This document shows, one piece after another, positions 38,200 to 56,167 of a stretch of DNA of 64,000 nt. A model generated the notes under the pieces. It did not search any database and was not told where the DNA came from. It saw only the letters and a program-made list of their open reading frames with translations. Position 1 is the first letter of the stretch. The number at the start of each line of letters is the position of its first letter. A program made the position numbers and the translations under genes. The stretch lies in assembly GCF_009914755.1 (NCBI RefSeq), contig NC_060941.1. One strand, written 5' to 3'. The DNA comes from the human T2T-CHM13v2.0 reference genome, Homo sapiens.

Positions 38200-38610
38200 A
38201 CTGTAATGAAGAGATTATTCTCTGAGGCATAGACAGGGTTAAGAAAACCAACACAGGATGTTCAGATACCAGCGAGGAGCAAGAGCAAGGAGCTGTTATA
38301 CCCCCAAGACTGGGGGCCAAAGGGAAGGAACCATATTCTCAGAGCCCAGTAAGGGCTGGGGCTGTGGAAGAGGCTTCCCAGCTAGAAATATAGTCTTGAA
38401 GGGACATAGCCATTGCCAGTTGCTGGCAGCTAAGCAGGAGAGGAACAGATGAAGAAATACCCCACCTTCTCCCATCTCCTGTTTCTAGTCTGTGCCCCTT
38501 CTTGGCTGAAGCCAACTGAAAGCCAGCCAGCAAGGGAGCCCAGGTGAACAAATCAGTCTGTAGGAAGCTGGCCTTCCAGAGCACTGAGCAGATGATAAAT
38601 GGAGAAGAAC
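38200..38610 (-). mobile_element. ERVL LTR (LTR33-like)
   Basis: GAAATACCCCACCTTCTCCCATCTCCTG...GCCAACTGAAAGCCAG. Confidence 0.55.
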
Positions 38611-39272
38611 CGGCACAGGTGTTCACTCCCAGCAGCTGGAACTCAGCCTTGGTTTTGCTCCCATGACTTAGAAGTCAATCCTATTTGGGATTTATGCTTG
38701 GAATTTAACTACCATTTATACCACTGGGTTTATGGAATTTTGATTTCTAAATAATCAACTTACTAATAAACTTGACGACACAATTCACTAGGGCGTTAGA
38801 GCCTGCCTTTATACTGAACAAGTGGGTGAAGTGTTTTTATTATTAATAAGCACAGTACTGCCTACTCAAGAAAAAGAAAACTTCTATAATCTTATTTGGC
38901 CACCACACCAAACGAACTATGGAGCCTTTTGATGATATACGTAGTATCCTCACAAAACACATGGGACCAGTATTTGGCAAATTTGATTTCTAGGTTCTGT
39001 CAAACCAGTTGCAGAGATATAGCTAGAATTTTTTTTCTCAGTTAAAAATGCTTTAAGTCTTTGAGTTCTGGTTTTCATCCTCCTCTGAATAGTTGCTGTG
39101 TGAGGATGTCCATATCTGACTCATTTTACTCTACAAATACAGAATTGCACCCAGGTGTATTTTAGGGATATTGGTCACCCTGAAGTTTTCATAGGTTTTA
39201 TAGATATATGCTGGTAAGGTGGGAGGGCGGGTGAATAAGAAGTAAAATACAAGTCTTCCTGAAAGCTGATAA

Positions 39273-39752
<480 letters not shown>

Positions 39753-40336
39753 AAAATCATTTCATCTTTATAACTCTAGCAGTGGGATCTGGGGCCAAGT
39801 TATATGGCTGAGTGGCATCACAATATCAATATATGATTCGTCTTTTAAAGTTTTTGTTTTAGAATATGACTTGAGAGCTGGACAGCCATACCGAATATTT
39901 CCACTGGAGCAGAGAGGACTGAGAGGCCGCTGCCCAATTTATTGTATCTGTGTTGAGTGCTAGATCTACGAATGGAACTCCATACTAGCAAACAGCAACC
40001 TCATTTCCAGTTCATTTTTCTCCTTGCTTGAGGTGTTCTAAATATTGGAAGAATCATCTATTCTAAATCAGAATGCCCCTGCTTTGTCTACTCTGTGTTT
40101 TTTTTTTAACAAGAAGCCATATTTATTGTGTTTATTGATTTATTGATGCTTAGAAAATAAGAGAATGTTGGTTTAGGGCGGGCTGAAATTTATCTTTTTG
40201 CTATGTAGAAAAGAGGCAAGTTGCTCTAATCCTTTAAGCACAGAAGCTTATAAGGAGAATTCAAATTCATGTCTGGTTTGCCTGTATTCAGAGATTCTAC
40301 AGAGACAAAATTCTCTCCTAAAAGGAACTGTATACC

Positions 40337-40633
<297 letters not shown>

Positions 40634-41614
40634 CTATATACCACCTGGCATATATCTGAAGAGAAGCAGGGTGGAGGGCAAAGTAAAATATAAGTTCAGT
40701 GGAAAAATACTTGGAAAGCCACTTGGTAACAATAAAGATATTAATTAAATCACCCAGGGCCTTATGCCATAATGATATGCACCAGGTGTTTCTGCTTCCA
40801 CTTAATTAACTCAGCATAATTCCTCTTTTAGAAAACGACACATACTGTTGGGGTATATCCAGCCGAAACACACATCAGCACAAAGCTTTTAAAATGTGGT
40901 TCTTTTCAATGTACATATTAGAATGGCCTCATTTCTTTCACTATGTGTGTACTGACCTTAGTGGGTCACCTACATTAAAGGATGTGGTAGAAATAAGGCA
41001 ATCCCACATTTACAGACAAGAAAACAAACAATAATGTAGTTTTATGGAAACTAAGCTTCAGAAATGCAAGGCATTCACTGGTTTCACTCAGAAACCTCTC
41101 AGATGTGGGAGAAATATGTGTGAGATTTGGACTTTCATTTATCCAAATATGAGGAATTTTTCTGCTAGAGTCAACTGGCTGATAATGGATGGAAAGGATT
41201 AGTGCAGGTCCTACTTGGCAGCCTTCTCGGTAGAAACCCATATGCTCTCTGACATTGATTATAATTATTTTTCCATCATTCCCAGGTTACATTCTTAGCA
41301 GGAATGTGAGCCAACTCTCTCCCTAGGAAGGCTCCTGCTGTGAAACCATCTTTGGCAATGAATCTTTAACAAAAGATCAAGAACTTGACATTTATTTTTA
41401 AGCACGAGAAGAAAATGTGTGCAATGTTGGAAGCAAGGACAGGGATAGGAAGAGCTTCTAAACAGTTGCAGGCAGGGGCAGTGGAACAGAAATAAATATT
41501 ACATAAGTGACATGTTGGTGACTTTACTTTTGTGAAATAGCAACTAATGACTAGGTATGGAATATATGGATTATATGATGTTAAGGTTTAACGTCTTTTT
41601 AAAGTAGAAGGGTG

Positions 41615-43333
41615 CTCCCTCTCCCTCTCCCCATGGTCTCCCTCTCCCCATGGTCTCCCTCTCATGCCGAGCCGAGGCTGGACGATACTGCTGCCATCTC
41701 GGCTCACTGCAACCTCCCTGCCTGATTCTCCTGCCTCAGCCTGCGGAGTGCCTGCAATTGCAGGCACGCGCCGCCACGCCTGACTGGTTTTCGTATTTAT
41801 TTGGTGGAGACGGGGTTTCGCTGTGTTGGCCGGGCTGGTCTCCAGCTCCTAACCGCGAGTGATCCGCCAGCCTCGGCCTCCCGAGGTGCCGGGATTGCAG
41901 ACCGAGTCTGGTTCACTCAGTGCTCAATGGCGCCCAGGCTGGAGTGCAGTGGCGTGATCTCGGCTCGCTACAACCTCCACCTCCCATCCGCCTGCCTTGG
42001 CCTCCCGAAGTGCCGAGATTGCAGCCTCTGCCCGGCCGCCACCCCGTCTGGGAAGTGAGGAGCCTCTCTGCCTGGCCGCCCATCGTCTGGGATGTGAGGA
42101 GCCCCTCTGCCTGGCTGCCCAGTCTGAAAAGTGAGGAGCGTCTCTGCCCGGCCGCCATCCCATCTGGGAAGTGAGGAGCGCCTCTTCCCGGCCGCCATCA
42201 CATCTAGGAAGTGAGGAGCGTCTCTGCCCGGCCGCCCATCGTCTGGGATGTGGGGAGCGCCTCTGCCCCGCCGCCCTGTCTGGGATGTGAGGAGCCCCTC
42301 TGCCTGGCTGCCCAGTCTGGAAAGTGAGGAGCGTCTCTGCCTGGCCGCCATCCCATCTAGGAAGTGAGGATCGTCTCTGCCCGGCCGCCCATCGTCTGAG
42401 ATGTGGGGAGCGCCTCTGCCCCGCCGCCCCGTCTGGGATGTGAGGAGCACCACTGCCCAGCTGCGACCCCGTCTGGGAGGTGAGGAGCGTCTCTGCCCGG
42501 CCGCCACCCCGTCTGGGAGGTGAGGAGCGTCTCTGCCCGGCCGCCCCGTCTGAGAAGTGAGAAGACCCTCCGCCCGGCAGCCGCCCCGTATGAGAAGTGA
42601 GGAGCCTCTCCGCCCGGCAGCCACCCCGTCCGGGAGGGAGATGGGGGGGGGTCAGCCCCCGCTAGGCCAGCCGCCCTGTCCGGGAGGGAGGTGGGGGGGT
42701 CAGCCCCCCGCCCGGCCAGCCGCCCCATCCGGGAGGTGAGGGTTGCCTCTGCCTGGCCGCCCCTACTGGGAAGTGAGGAGCCCCTCTGCCCGGCCACCAC
42801 CCCGTCTGGGAGGTGTGCCCAACAGCTCATTGAGAACGGGCCAGGATGACAATGGCGGCTTTGTGGAATAGAAAGGGGGGAAAGGTGGGGAAAAGATTGA
42901 GAAATCGGATGGTTGCCGTGTCTGTGTAGAAAGAAGTAGACATGGGAGACTTTTCATTTTGTTCTGTACTAAGAAAAATTCTTCTGCCTTGGGATCCTGT
43001 TGATCTATGACATTACCCCCAACCCTGTGCTCTCTGAAACATGTGCTGTGTCCACTCAGAGTTAAATGGATTAAGGGCGGTGCAAGATGTGCTTTGTTAA
43101 ACAGATGCTTGAAGGCAGCATGCTCATTAAGAGTCATCACCACTCCCTAATCTCAAGTACCCAGGGACACAAACGCTGCGGAAGGCCGCAGGGTCCTCTG
43201 CCTAGGAAAACCAGAGACCTTTGTTCACTTGTTTATCTGCTGACCTTCCCTCCACTATTGTCCTATGACCCTGCCAAATCCCCCTCTGTGAGAAACACCC
43301 AAGAATGATCAATAAAAAAAAAAAAAATAAAAT
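41615..43333 (+). mobile_element. Full-length SVA retrotransposon (probably SVA_D)
   Basis: Short CCCTCT hexamer, antisense Alu-like domain (~41664-42020), GC-rich VNTR (~42021-42810), SINE-R (~42811-43310), AATAAA and A tail; TSD AAAGTAGAAGGGTG at 41601-41614 and 43334-43347 after TTTTT. Confidence 0.97.
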
Positions 43334-43539
43334 AAAGTAGAAGGGTGGGGGAAATGTGATTATTCCAAACCCGGCGTGTCTTTATGATTTTATATCCAAC
43401 TGATCATTCAGGGAGGTTATTAGGACAGTGGTTGAAACAGAAATTTAGGATAATATTCTAAGAAACAGAAAAAGCAGTCTTCTCATTCTAACTGGCAAAA
43501 CCAACAGAGATAACAAAAAAAAATTTTTTTTTTCCCCAG

Positions 43540-43647
43540 GAAGAGCGTGTGCATTCAAACTTGTTCATTCATTAATTTGAGTTGAAGGGAGGGGGACGTC
43601 CTTGGTGGAAAAGTTAAAGAAAGTGCTCTGGATGAGAAATTCACAGG
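43540..43647 (+). other. Candidate non-coding exon (108 nt)
   Basis: T10CCCCAG|GAAGAG...CACAGG|GTAAGA; stops in all three frames. Confidence 0.35.
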
Positions 43648-44424
43648 GTAAGAATTTTTCATTTTCAAATTGTCCACCTACAATAAGGAAATTTCTTCCA
43701 AATTAATTTTTAAAACAACAGGTGCAGAAAATGGTGTGGCTGTCAGAAAATTACCAAATTAAACATAAAAAGCTTAGCCTGTCTCCTAAAGGATGGTTAT
43801 TTCTATCTTATGGTTTCATGCACTGTAATGATTAGTTTCTCCATTAAAATCAAATACAGAATATAATTAAGTCAGTACTCCAGGTTACATGTCTTAAAAT
43901 TCCACTAGCTGAAGGACTTGCTAGAGGCAGTAATAAATACTTTAATAAATACCTGTACCATAAATTTACTTCAGATGTGACTTAAACTCAGCACAAAGCT
44001 TACCATAGGCAGTTTATAGCCTCTAGATGGGTAAATTTTTTTTTGCTGAGCTATGCTCTTCTAAGCATTTGGATAAAGTTCCTAATGGTATTCCACTTTC
44101 TAGCTTTGCCAAAAACTTAGCCAAAAGTGATGTGTACATTTTTATACATGAGAATGAAATCAAATGAAAAGTTTTGATTTAAAAAGGAAACCACATATTA
44201 TTGAAAACTAAAATATATCTTGGTTATGGACTCGTGAATACTACATCAAAATTCATTGCAGAAGAATAAATTACCCAATCTTGTAATAGAGTTTTCAGAT
44301 ATGGAAAATGTATAGTGTTCTTCCTGTTTAAACATTGTAGATTTAAATCATTTGGTTATATAATCACAATTCAATTTTCATCTCAAATTTTCATTGTCAT
44401 TATTATATCACTTAAAAATATATA

Positions 44425-44717
44425 ATCGAGCACAGTGGCTCATGCCTGTAATCCCAGCACTTTGGGAGGCCGTAGTAGGAGGATCACTTGAGCCCAGGAG
44501 TTCAAGACCAGCCCTGGCAACATGGCAAGACCCTGTCTTTACAAAAAATTTAAAAACTAGTTGGGTGTGGTAGCATGCACTTGTAGTCCCAGCTACTTGG
44601 GAGGCTAACCTCAGAGGATCACTTGAGCCTGGTAGCTTGTGGCTGCGGTGAGCTGTGGTCGTGCCTCTGCACTCCATCCAGCCTGGGAGACAGAGCAAGA
44701 CCCTATCTCAAAAAAAA
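44425..44717 (+). mobile_element. AluJ-type
   Basis: Dimer; TSD AAAAATATATA. Confidence 0.9.
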
Positions 44718-44964
44718 TATATATGTATATATATGTTCTTAAATATTATATATATGTATTTCTAAAAACCACTACAATCACTTGTACTTAAGGTCTATTC
44801 TCATCTTCTTGGTTTGGCATAACCAATACTTCTCACTGAAGGTAAAGATGTTAATAGCAATGGGGAAAAAAAATAACACTTCTCCAGTGCCAGGCAAATG
44901 GCCATATCCATCAGGAGTGAAGAAAGCTAATACGTTTCCACACATGGTTGGCTTTATCTCTTCC

Positions 44965-45150
44965 ATTTGAATAAGTTATTGCATTTACTATGTGCAAGGT
45001 TGTTTGCAAAACATCTTACATGCATTGCCTTATTTAATTCTCATAAAAATCTAAAATGTATATATTTAAGCCTCCCAAATACCCAGTGAGAGAGTTAATA
45101 TGCTCCTTCTACAGGGAGAAAGCTGAAGCTCAGAGAGTTTATTTACCTAG
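44965..45150 (-). mobile_element. MIR fragment
   Basis: TTATTTAATTCTCAT...AAAGCTGAAGCTCAGAGAG. Confidence 0.6.
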
Positions 45151-45188
45151 AGTTTTATAAGGAGGAAATCATTTCTTGTAACCATCTA

Positions 45189-48494
<3,306 letters not shown>

Positions 48495-48845
48495 CACTCC
48501 TTAAAGCAGATGCTGAGAAGGAGTTAGGAATGCAGGTGATTCCTTGGGAGAGGGAGTAATGTCTGTGAAGGATAAAAGAGAGGAGGCCGGATTGTGCAAG
48601 GAGAGTGTTAGAATAGTGAGCAGATATTATAAAGTCTCTGCCAACCCAACAGGGAGCTCTATGGCAAAGATTGCCCATTGGAGGAGTCCTGTGTTGAACA
48701 GAAATGGCTAGGCCCTAGCATTCTTGCTGTGCTGTCATTGGCTAGTGACTACCCAAGGAGACAATGGCCAAAAGCTGAACTTCGAATTCTTTCTTGGCAG
48801 GAGACAGAAAAGGCTCCATGTCTGTCACCCCATCATATTTCCACG
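48495..48845 (-). mobile_element. ERVL 5' LTR (LTR16A-like)
   Basis: AAGCAGATGCTGAGAAGGAGTTAGG...GCCAACCCAACAGGGAGCTCTATGGCAAAGATTGCC. Confidence 0.7.
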
Positions 48846-48969
48846 CATTTATTAAGTGCTGGTTTGTGTGGCATCCTTTGACAGGAGACATAAGACAACA
48901 GCTCAGAGTGGAAGAAATAGATGTTCTCAGGAAGAGGCTGTATGCTGTCCTGGTTTCGAGCATCTGCCC

Positions 48970-49185
48970 TACAGTCAGAATGCCTGCATTTGAAATAAGT
49001 TTCTGCCACGAACTAGCTGTAAGACCGTGGGTGAGTTATTCAACCTTTCAGCACCTCATCTCCTAAAATGGGGATAATGTTTTCTTCCCCAAAGACTTGT
49101 GGGGAGGGACCAAAAATTAAATGGATTATTGAATGTAAAGTGCTTAGACCATTGGCCAACAGTTCGTCAGTGCCCTATAACTGTT
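48970..49185 (+). mobile_element. MIR
   Basis: CTAGCTGTAAGACCGTGGGTGAGTTATTCAACC...AAAATGGGGATAAT. Confidence 0.7.
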
Positions 49186-49949
49186 GCCTGTTTAGCATGT
49201 CATAAACACATGACTCGCATACATTACATTAAAATAGAGCAGAGTATTTAAGTCCAGGGAAAGGAAACTATTATCAGATGACTGCTCTCTTCCAGGCACT
49301 GTAACACTATTTTCTCATGATCCTCTCTTTAATCTTTGCAATAACTCACAAGGTAGGTTTTACCAGTTGCAGTTTCCTGAGGAGGAAACCAAAGCTGGGA
49401 ATTATTTTATCCTCAAAGTGGCAATAAGTTGTTGGCCACAACCGGGATATTCCGCTTTTCTCCTCACATTTAGAAATGTCATGTGGCTGTGAGTCACCTT
49501 GTGAGGATCTTGTCACATCCTTAGACTGTACTGCCAACACTGAAAATGCACTGTGGCTGACCCGTTTAAGCAAAGCCAGGCTGCAATTTTCCTGTGGATT
49601 CCCATTCCAGCAGTTAGGCTGGGCTCTCCTATGATTTTGCTACCACTGCGATTTTGCTGTGTGGCTACTTTAGAGACTAGAGACTGCCTAATGTGAGCAA
49701 TAGGTGATCTAACGGACAATCATTATTGGTTGACTCAGCATCTATCAGTTGACTAAAGTTGCCTTTAGTCAACGGCAGCATCATGGTTTTCATCCATGGA
49801 ATTCTGCGGTGTTGGCTCCACCCTCAGCTCCAGGAGGGGGTATGTGCTTGGCACCTGGATAATTAGATCATGGCATTCCCAGCCACAGTGATGGGTTTTG
49901 GGGAAAGGAGACATGTTACAATCCAGGCCAATTCATGTCAGGCCTTAAC

Positions 49950-50294
<345 letters not shown>

Positions 50295-50480
50295 TAAGGT
50301 CATAAACCTGCCACTACTGGTCACAATCTTCCTCCCATAAAATGAAAGTAAGCCTCAGAATAAAGCCAGAACAGAGGCAGGAAAAACAGAGACATCAGGA
50401 GAGCAGTGGTCCTGATAACATCATTTGAGCCCCTGATTCCAGATATACCTGAAGCCTGTATATCCCTTGGCTTTTAGTTC

Positions 50481-50927
50481 TGTTAAGTAAAACTTATGGG
50501 GATGCCATTGGTTTGGACTGAGCTCCTGCGCTGGGCCCCAACAGATCAGACCAAACCAGAATGGAGTCACTCATGCTAGCTGTTACGTAGTCAAACTGAA
50601 CTTAGAAGTGGATCAGTTTTCCAAAAAAAAAAAAAAAGGAAGATTCACAGCAACCAATCCAAAGAGGCCCCATCAACCTGAGCTGGCATGATAAGGAAGT
50701 CCCTTCTGCTTTAATTCTATAAGAAAAGGGACTTTGAAACAACCAAACTGCTTTTTGTTCCTTATTTCTGCTTTCTTCTGCCTCTTCTGCCTGTAAAGCC
50801 CAGCTCCTCTGCTCAGCTCCTCAGGGTGCCTTTGTATTTCATAGAAGAAACGCTGCCCAATTCATGAATTACCAACAAAAGCCAATTGGATCTTTAAACT
50901 TTTTTGTTGCAAGTTTGTTCTTTGATA
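50481..50927 (+). mobile_element. ERV1-class solo LTR (LTR54/MER93-like)
   Basis: TGTTAAG...CCATTGGTTTGGACTGAGCTCCTGC...GAATGGAGTCACTCATGCTAG; CCAAT box; subfamily uncertain. Confidence 0.7.
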
Positions 50928-50966
50928 GTTCTGCAAGCCAATAAATTCCCTTTTCTTCCTTTAAAT

Positions 50967-51627
50967 CAGATGTCCTTGGCCGGGTGTGGTGGCTCACACC
51001 TGTAATCCCAGCACTTTGGGAGGCCAAGGCGGGCGGATCATCTGAGGTCGGGAATTTGAGGCCAGCCTGACCAACAGGGAGAAACCCCATCTCTACTCAA
51101 AATACAAAATTAGCCAGGTGTGGTAGTGCATGCCTGTAATCTCAGCTACTCGGGAGGCTGAGACAGGAGAATTGCTTGAACCTGGGAGGCAGACTTGCAA
51201 GAGCCGAGATTATGCCATTGCACTCCAGCCTGGGCAACAGAGTGAGATTTTGTCTCAAAAAAAAAAAAAAAAAAAAAATCAGGTGTCCTCAACCTCTAGG
51301 CCATGGACCAGTCCACAGCCTGTTAGGAACAGGGCTGCACAGCAGGAGGTGAGTGGCAAGCAAACAGGAGCGAGCATTGCCACCTGAGCTCCGCCTCCTG
51401 TTAGATCAGCAGCGGCATTAGATTCTCACTGGAGCACAAACCCTATTGTGAACTGAGTATGCAAAAGATCTAAGTTGCAGGCTCCTGATGAGACTCTAAC
51501 TAATGCTTGATGTACTGTACTGCCAACAGTACAGTACAGTTTCATCCAGAAACCATCCTTCACGGTCCATGGAAAAATCGTCTTCCACAAAACGGGTCCC
51601 TGGTGCCAAAAAGGCTGGGGACTGCTG
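50967..51627 (+). mobile_element. MER1B (hAT-Charlie) with an Alu inserted near its left end
   Basis: 8-bp TSD CTTTAAAT at 50959-50966 and 51628-51635; CTGAGCTCCGCCTCCTG..AGATCAGCAGCGGCATTAGATTCTC. Confidence 0.88.
50978..51278 (+). mobile_element. AluSp-like
   Basis: TSD AAATCAG(A/G)TGTCCT. Confidence 0.92.
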
Positions 51628-51808
51628 CTTTAAATAGTTTCAGCTGGGATTTCTATTACCTGAAACTAACTCCTAGCAGTGAATCATTCAGTCAGTCAAT
51701 ATTGAATACCTTCAGTGTGCTAGGTATGGTCCAAGTGTAGGAAAACAGCAGTCAACAAGACATACAACTCCCTGTGGGCCTGGATTTGCATTTGAAACTG
51801 ACATTCTC

Positions 51809-52128
51809 GGCCGGGCGTGGGGGCTCACGCCTGTCATCCCAGCACTTTGCGAGGCTGAGGTGGGCAAATCACCTGAGGTCGGGAGTTCGAGACCAGCCTG
51901 GTCAACATGGTGAAACCCCGTCTTTACTAAAAAAAAAAAAAAAAAAAATACAAAAATTAGCTGAGCGTGGTGGCACAGGCCTGTAATCACAGCTGCTCAG
52001 GAGGCTGAGGCAGGAGAATCACTTGAACCTGGGAGGTGGAGGTTGCAGTGAGCCGAGATCATGCCACTGCCCTACAGCCTAAGCGACACAATGAGACTCC
52101 ATCTCAAAAAAGAAAAAAGAAAAAAGAA
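51809..52128 (+). mobile_element. AluS-type
   Basis: TSD GAAACTGACATTCT. Confidence 0.92.
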
Positions 52129-52399
52129 ACTGACATTCTAGTGAGAAGAAAAGGAGAAAAAGTAAATGTGTATATTGTGAATCAGTTATGACAAGTTCTG
52201 TAAGCTGGACAAGGGGAAGTAAGTGTTATAAGGGACTCAGGGAACATCTCACAGATATGGTGACTTTCAGAAGAGACCTAAAATATGTGAGAGAGTAAGC
52301 CATGAGTGGTAGCAGGGTTCCAGCAAGAGGAAACAAAAAATTCAAAGGCCCTGAGTTGAGTATATGCTTACAGAACAGTGAGGCCAAAGTGTTAAACGT

Positions 52400-52706
52400 G
52401 GCCAGGCGTGGTGGTTCACACCTGTAATCCCAGCACTTTGTGAGGCTGAGGCAGGAGGATCACTTGAGCCCAGGAACTCAGGACCAGCCCAGGCAATGTG
52501 GCAAGATTCTGTCTCTACAGAAAATTTTAAAATTAGCTGGAGACATTGGCATATACCTGTGGTCCCAGCTACTTGGGAGGCTGAGGTGGGAGGATGGCTT
52601 GAGCTCAGGAGTTGGAGCTTACATTGAGTCTCGATTGAACCACTGCACTCCACCCTGGGCAACAGAGTGAGACCCTGCCTCAACTAAAACAAAAACAAAA
52701 CAAAAC
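52400..52706 (+). mobile_element. AluJ-type
   Basis: TSD AGTGTTAAA. Confidence 0.9.
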
Positions 52707-53160
52707 CCAGAGTGTTAAAAGTGCAGTGGGAAAGAAGGTGGGGTGGAAGATGAGGTCAGAGAAGTAACAAGTTCAAACCATCCAAGCCCTTCACAGCCAT
52801 TGGAGCTTTATGGTTTTACTCAACGTAGATGAGAATCCATTGGGCAGGTTTTTTTTTTTAAATGACATGTGCTAACATATTTTAAAAGAATTAATTTGGT
52901 TGTTGAATGGAGGGGGCAAGGGCAGAAGCTAGGAATCCAGGGAGGAGAATATTGCAATGATCTGGATGACAGATGGTGTCTAGGGCAGAGTGGTAGCAGT
53001 GGAAATTAAGAGTGGTGGACAGATAAGAGGTATATTTTGAAGGCTGAATAAACAGGATTTGCTGATAAATTGGATTTTGGGATGAAAGAAAGTGAAGAGT
53101 CAAGGATGATTCCACAGTTTTTGGCCTAAGTAACTGGAAGTTTGGGATAAAGTTTCGGTC

Positions 53161-53540
<380 letters not shown>

Positions 53541-53667
53541 TAGTTATTAGATACCTATTAGATAGCCAAGGTCTGACAGTCAGACATTCAGAGGAGAGGA
53601 CTAGGATAGAGATATATATTTGGGACTCATCAGTGCATGATAGTATTTAAAGTTGTGAGACTGAATG

Positions 53668-53838
53668 AGACCCAGTGCAGTGGCTCACACTCATAATGCC
53701 AGCGCTTTGGGAGGCTGAGGCAGGAGGATCACTTGAGCCCAGGAGTTTGAGGTTACAGTGAACTATGATCATGCCACTGTACTTCAGCCTGGATGACCGA
53801 GCAAGATTCTGTCTCAAAACAAAATAAAATAAAATAAA
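53668..53838 (+). mobile_element. Monomer-length Alu (left-arm 5' end fused to right-arm 3' end, FAM/FRAM-like)
   Basis: TSD AGACTGAATGA. Confidence 0.85.
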
Positions 53839-54294
53839 GCTGCAAGACTGAATGAAACATGTGCATAGATAAAGAATAGATATGAGGGCCAAGTCCTGGG
53901 ACTCCATGCTTAGAGGTCAGGAAGATAAGGAGGAACCAATAAGGCAGACTGAGAAAGAATAGCCATTGGGGTAGCTGCTGCTATATATAGTGAAGAAAAT
54001 GCATCAAGGAGGGAGTGATCAGCTGTCTACCAGGTGCACTAGGTGCTGATTTCTGGGACAAGAAAAATGAGGACAGGAAATTTATTACTAGATTGAGCAA
54101 TGTGGAGCTTTTAACACTTACTGCTATCTTATTTATATACTACCTGTTGACATTTGCTTTTTTTCTGTCTCCTCCCATTCTTATGTAAGCTCTGTAAGCT
54201 CTGTGACATTCTATTTCATTTGCTACTGCATTCCTAGTGTCTAGGACAGTACCTGGCATATAATAAGTGCTCAATAAATATTCCTTAAATATTA

Positions 54295-54960
<666 letters not shown>

Positions 54961-55482
54961 TTAATTCCTCTTTGTACAAAGATATCTTGCTTTTTATATT
55001 TTGGTAGAGGAAGTAATGGTGTAGCACCAGTTTTGAATTACGTTTAGAATCTGACAAGGTATTTAAACTCACTAAGCTTTTGTTTCCTTATGCTTAAAAG
55101 GTGATGGATAATAATAAGATAATGTCTGAGATTTTACCCAGAACCATGTCCAGTACATAACATGTACTCAATAAATGCTTTGTAAATATGGAAGGGTCAC
55201 ATGAGCCAGACCACACAATGGCAGACAAATTGAATGCAGATAATTAAGTCATTTGATATAGGAAGTTTCATTTACTTGAGAAGTGATTTATTATGTCTTT
55301 TCTCTGTCTATACTCTGTCTAAATTCAGTCTCACAACTTTAAATACCAGAAAAAAGGAAGTGTTGCTAGCAGCTGCATTTCCAACTAAAAGCACTTGAGT
55401 GTGTCTCAAGATGGGATAAGGACGGTAACATATTCCAAATAGTGTTGCTATTGTGGTGGTTTCACATTAAAATGTAATGGCT

Positions 55483-55782
<300 letters not shown>

Positions 55783-55798
55783 ATGTAATAGCTTTTAG

Positions 55799-56167
<369 letters not shown>

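Noticed and set aside
42021-42810. Repeat array of ~37-50 bp units superficially like a CRISPR, and CpG-island-like composition
   Set aside because: The units are contiguous degenerate repeats with no unique spacers and no cas genes; this is the SVA VNTR, not a CRISPR or a gene promoter.
41650-43308. Longest ORFs in the track (218, 157 and 126 aa)
   Set aside because: They are open frames through the stop-poor GC-rich SVA VNTR and SINE-R; SVA is non-coding.
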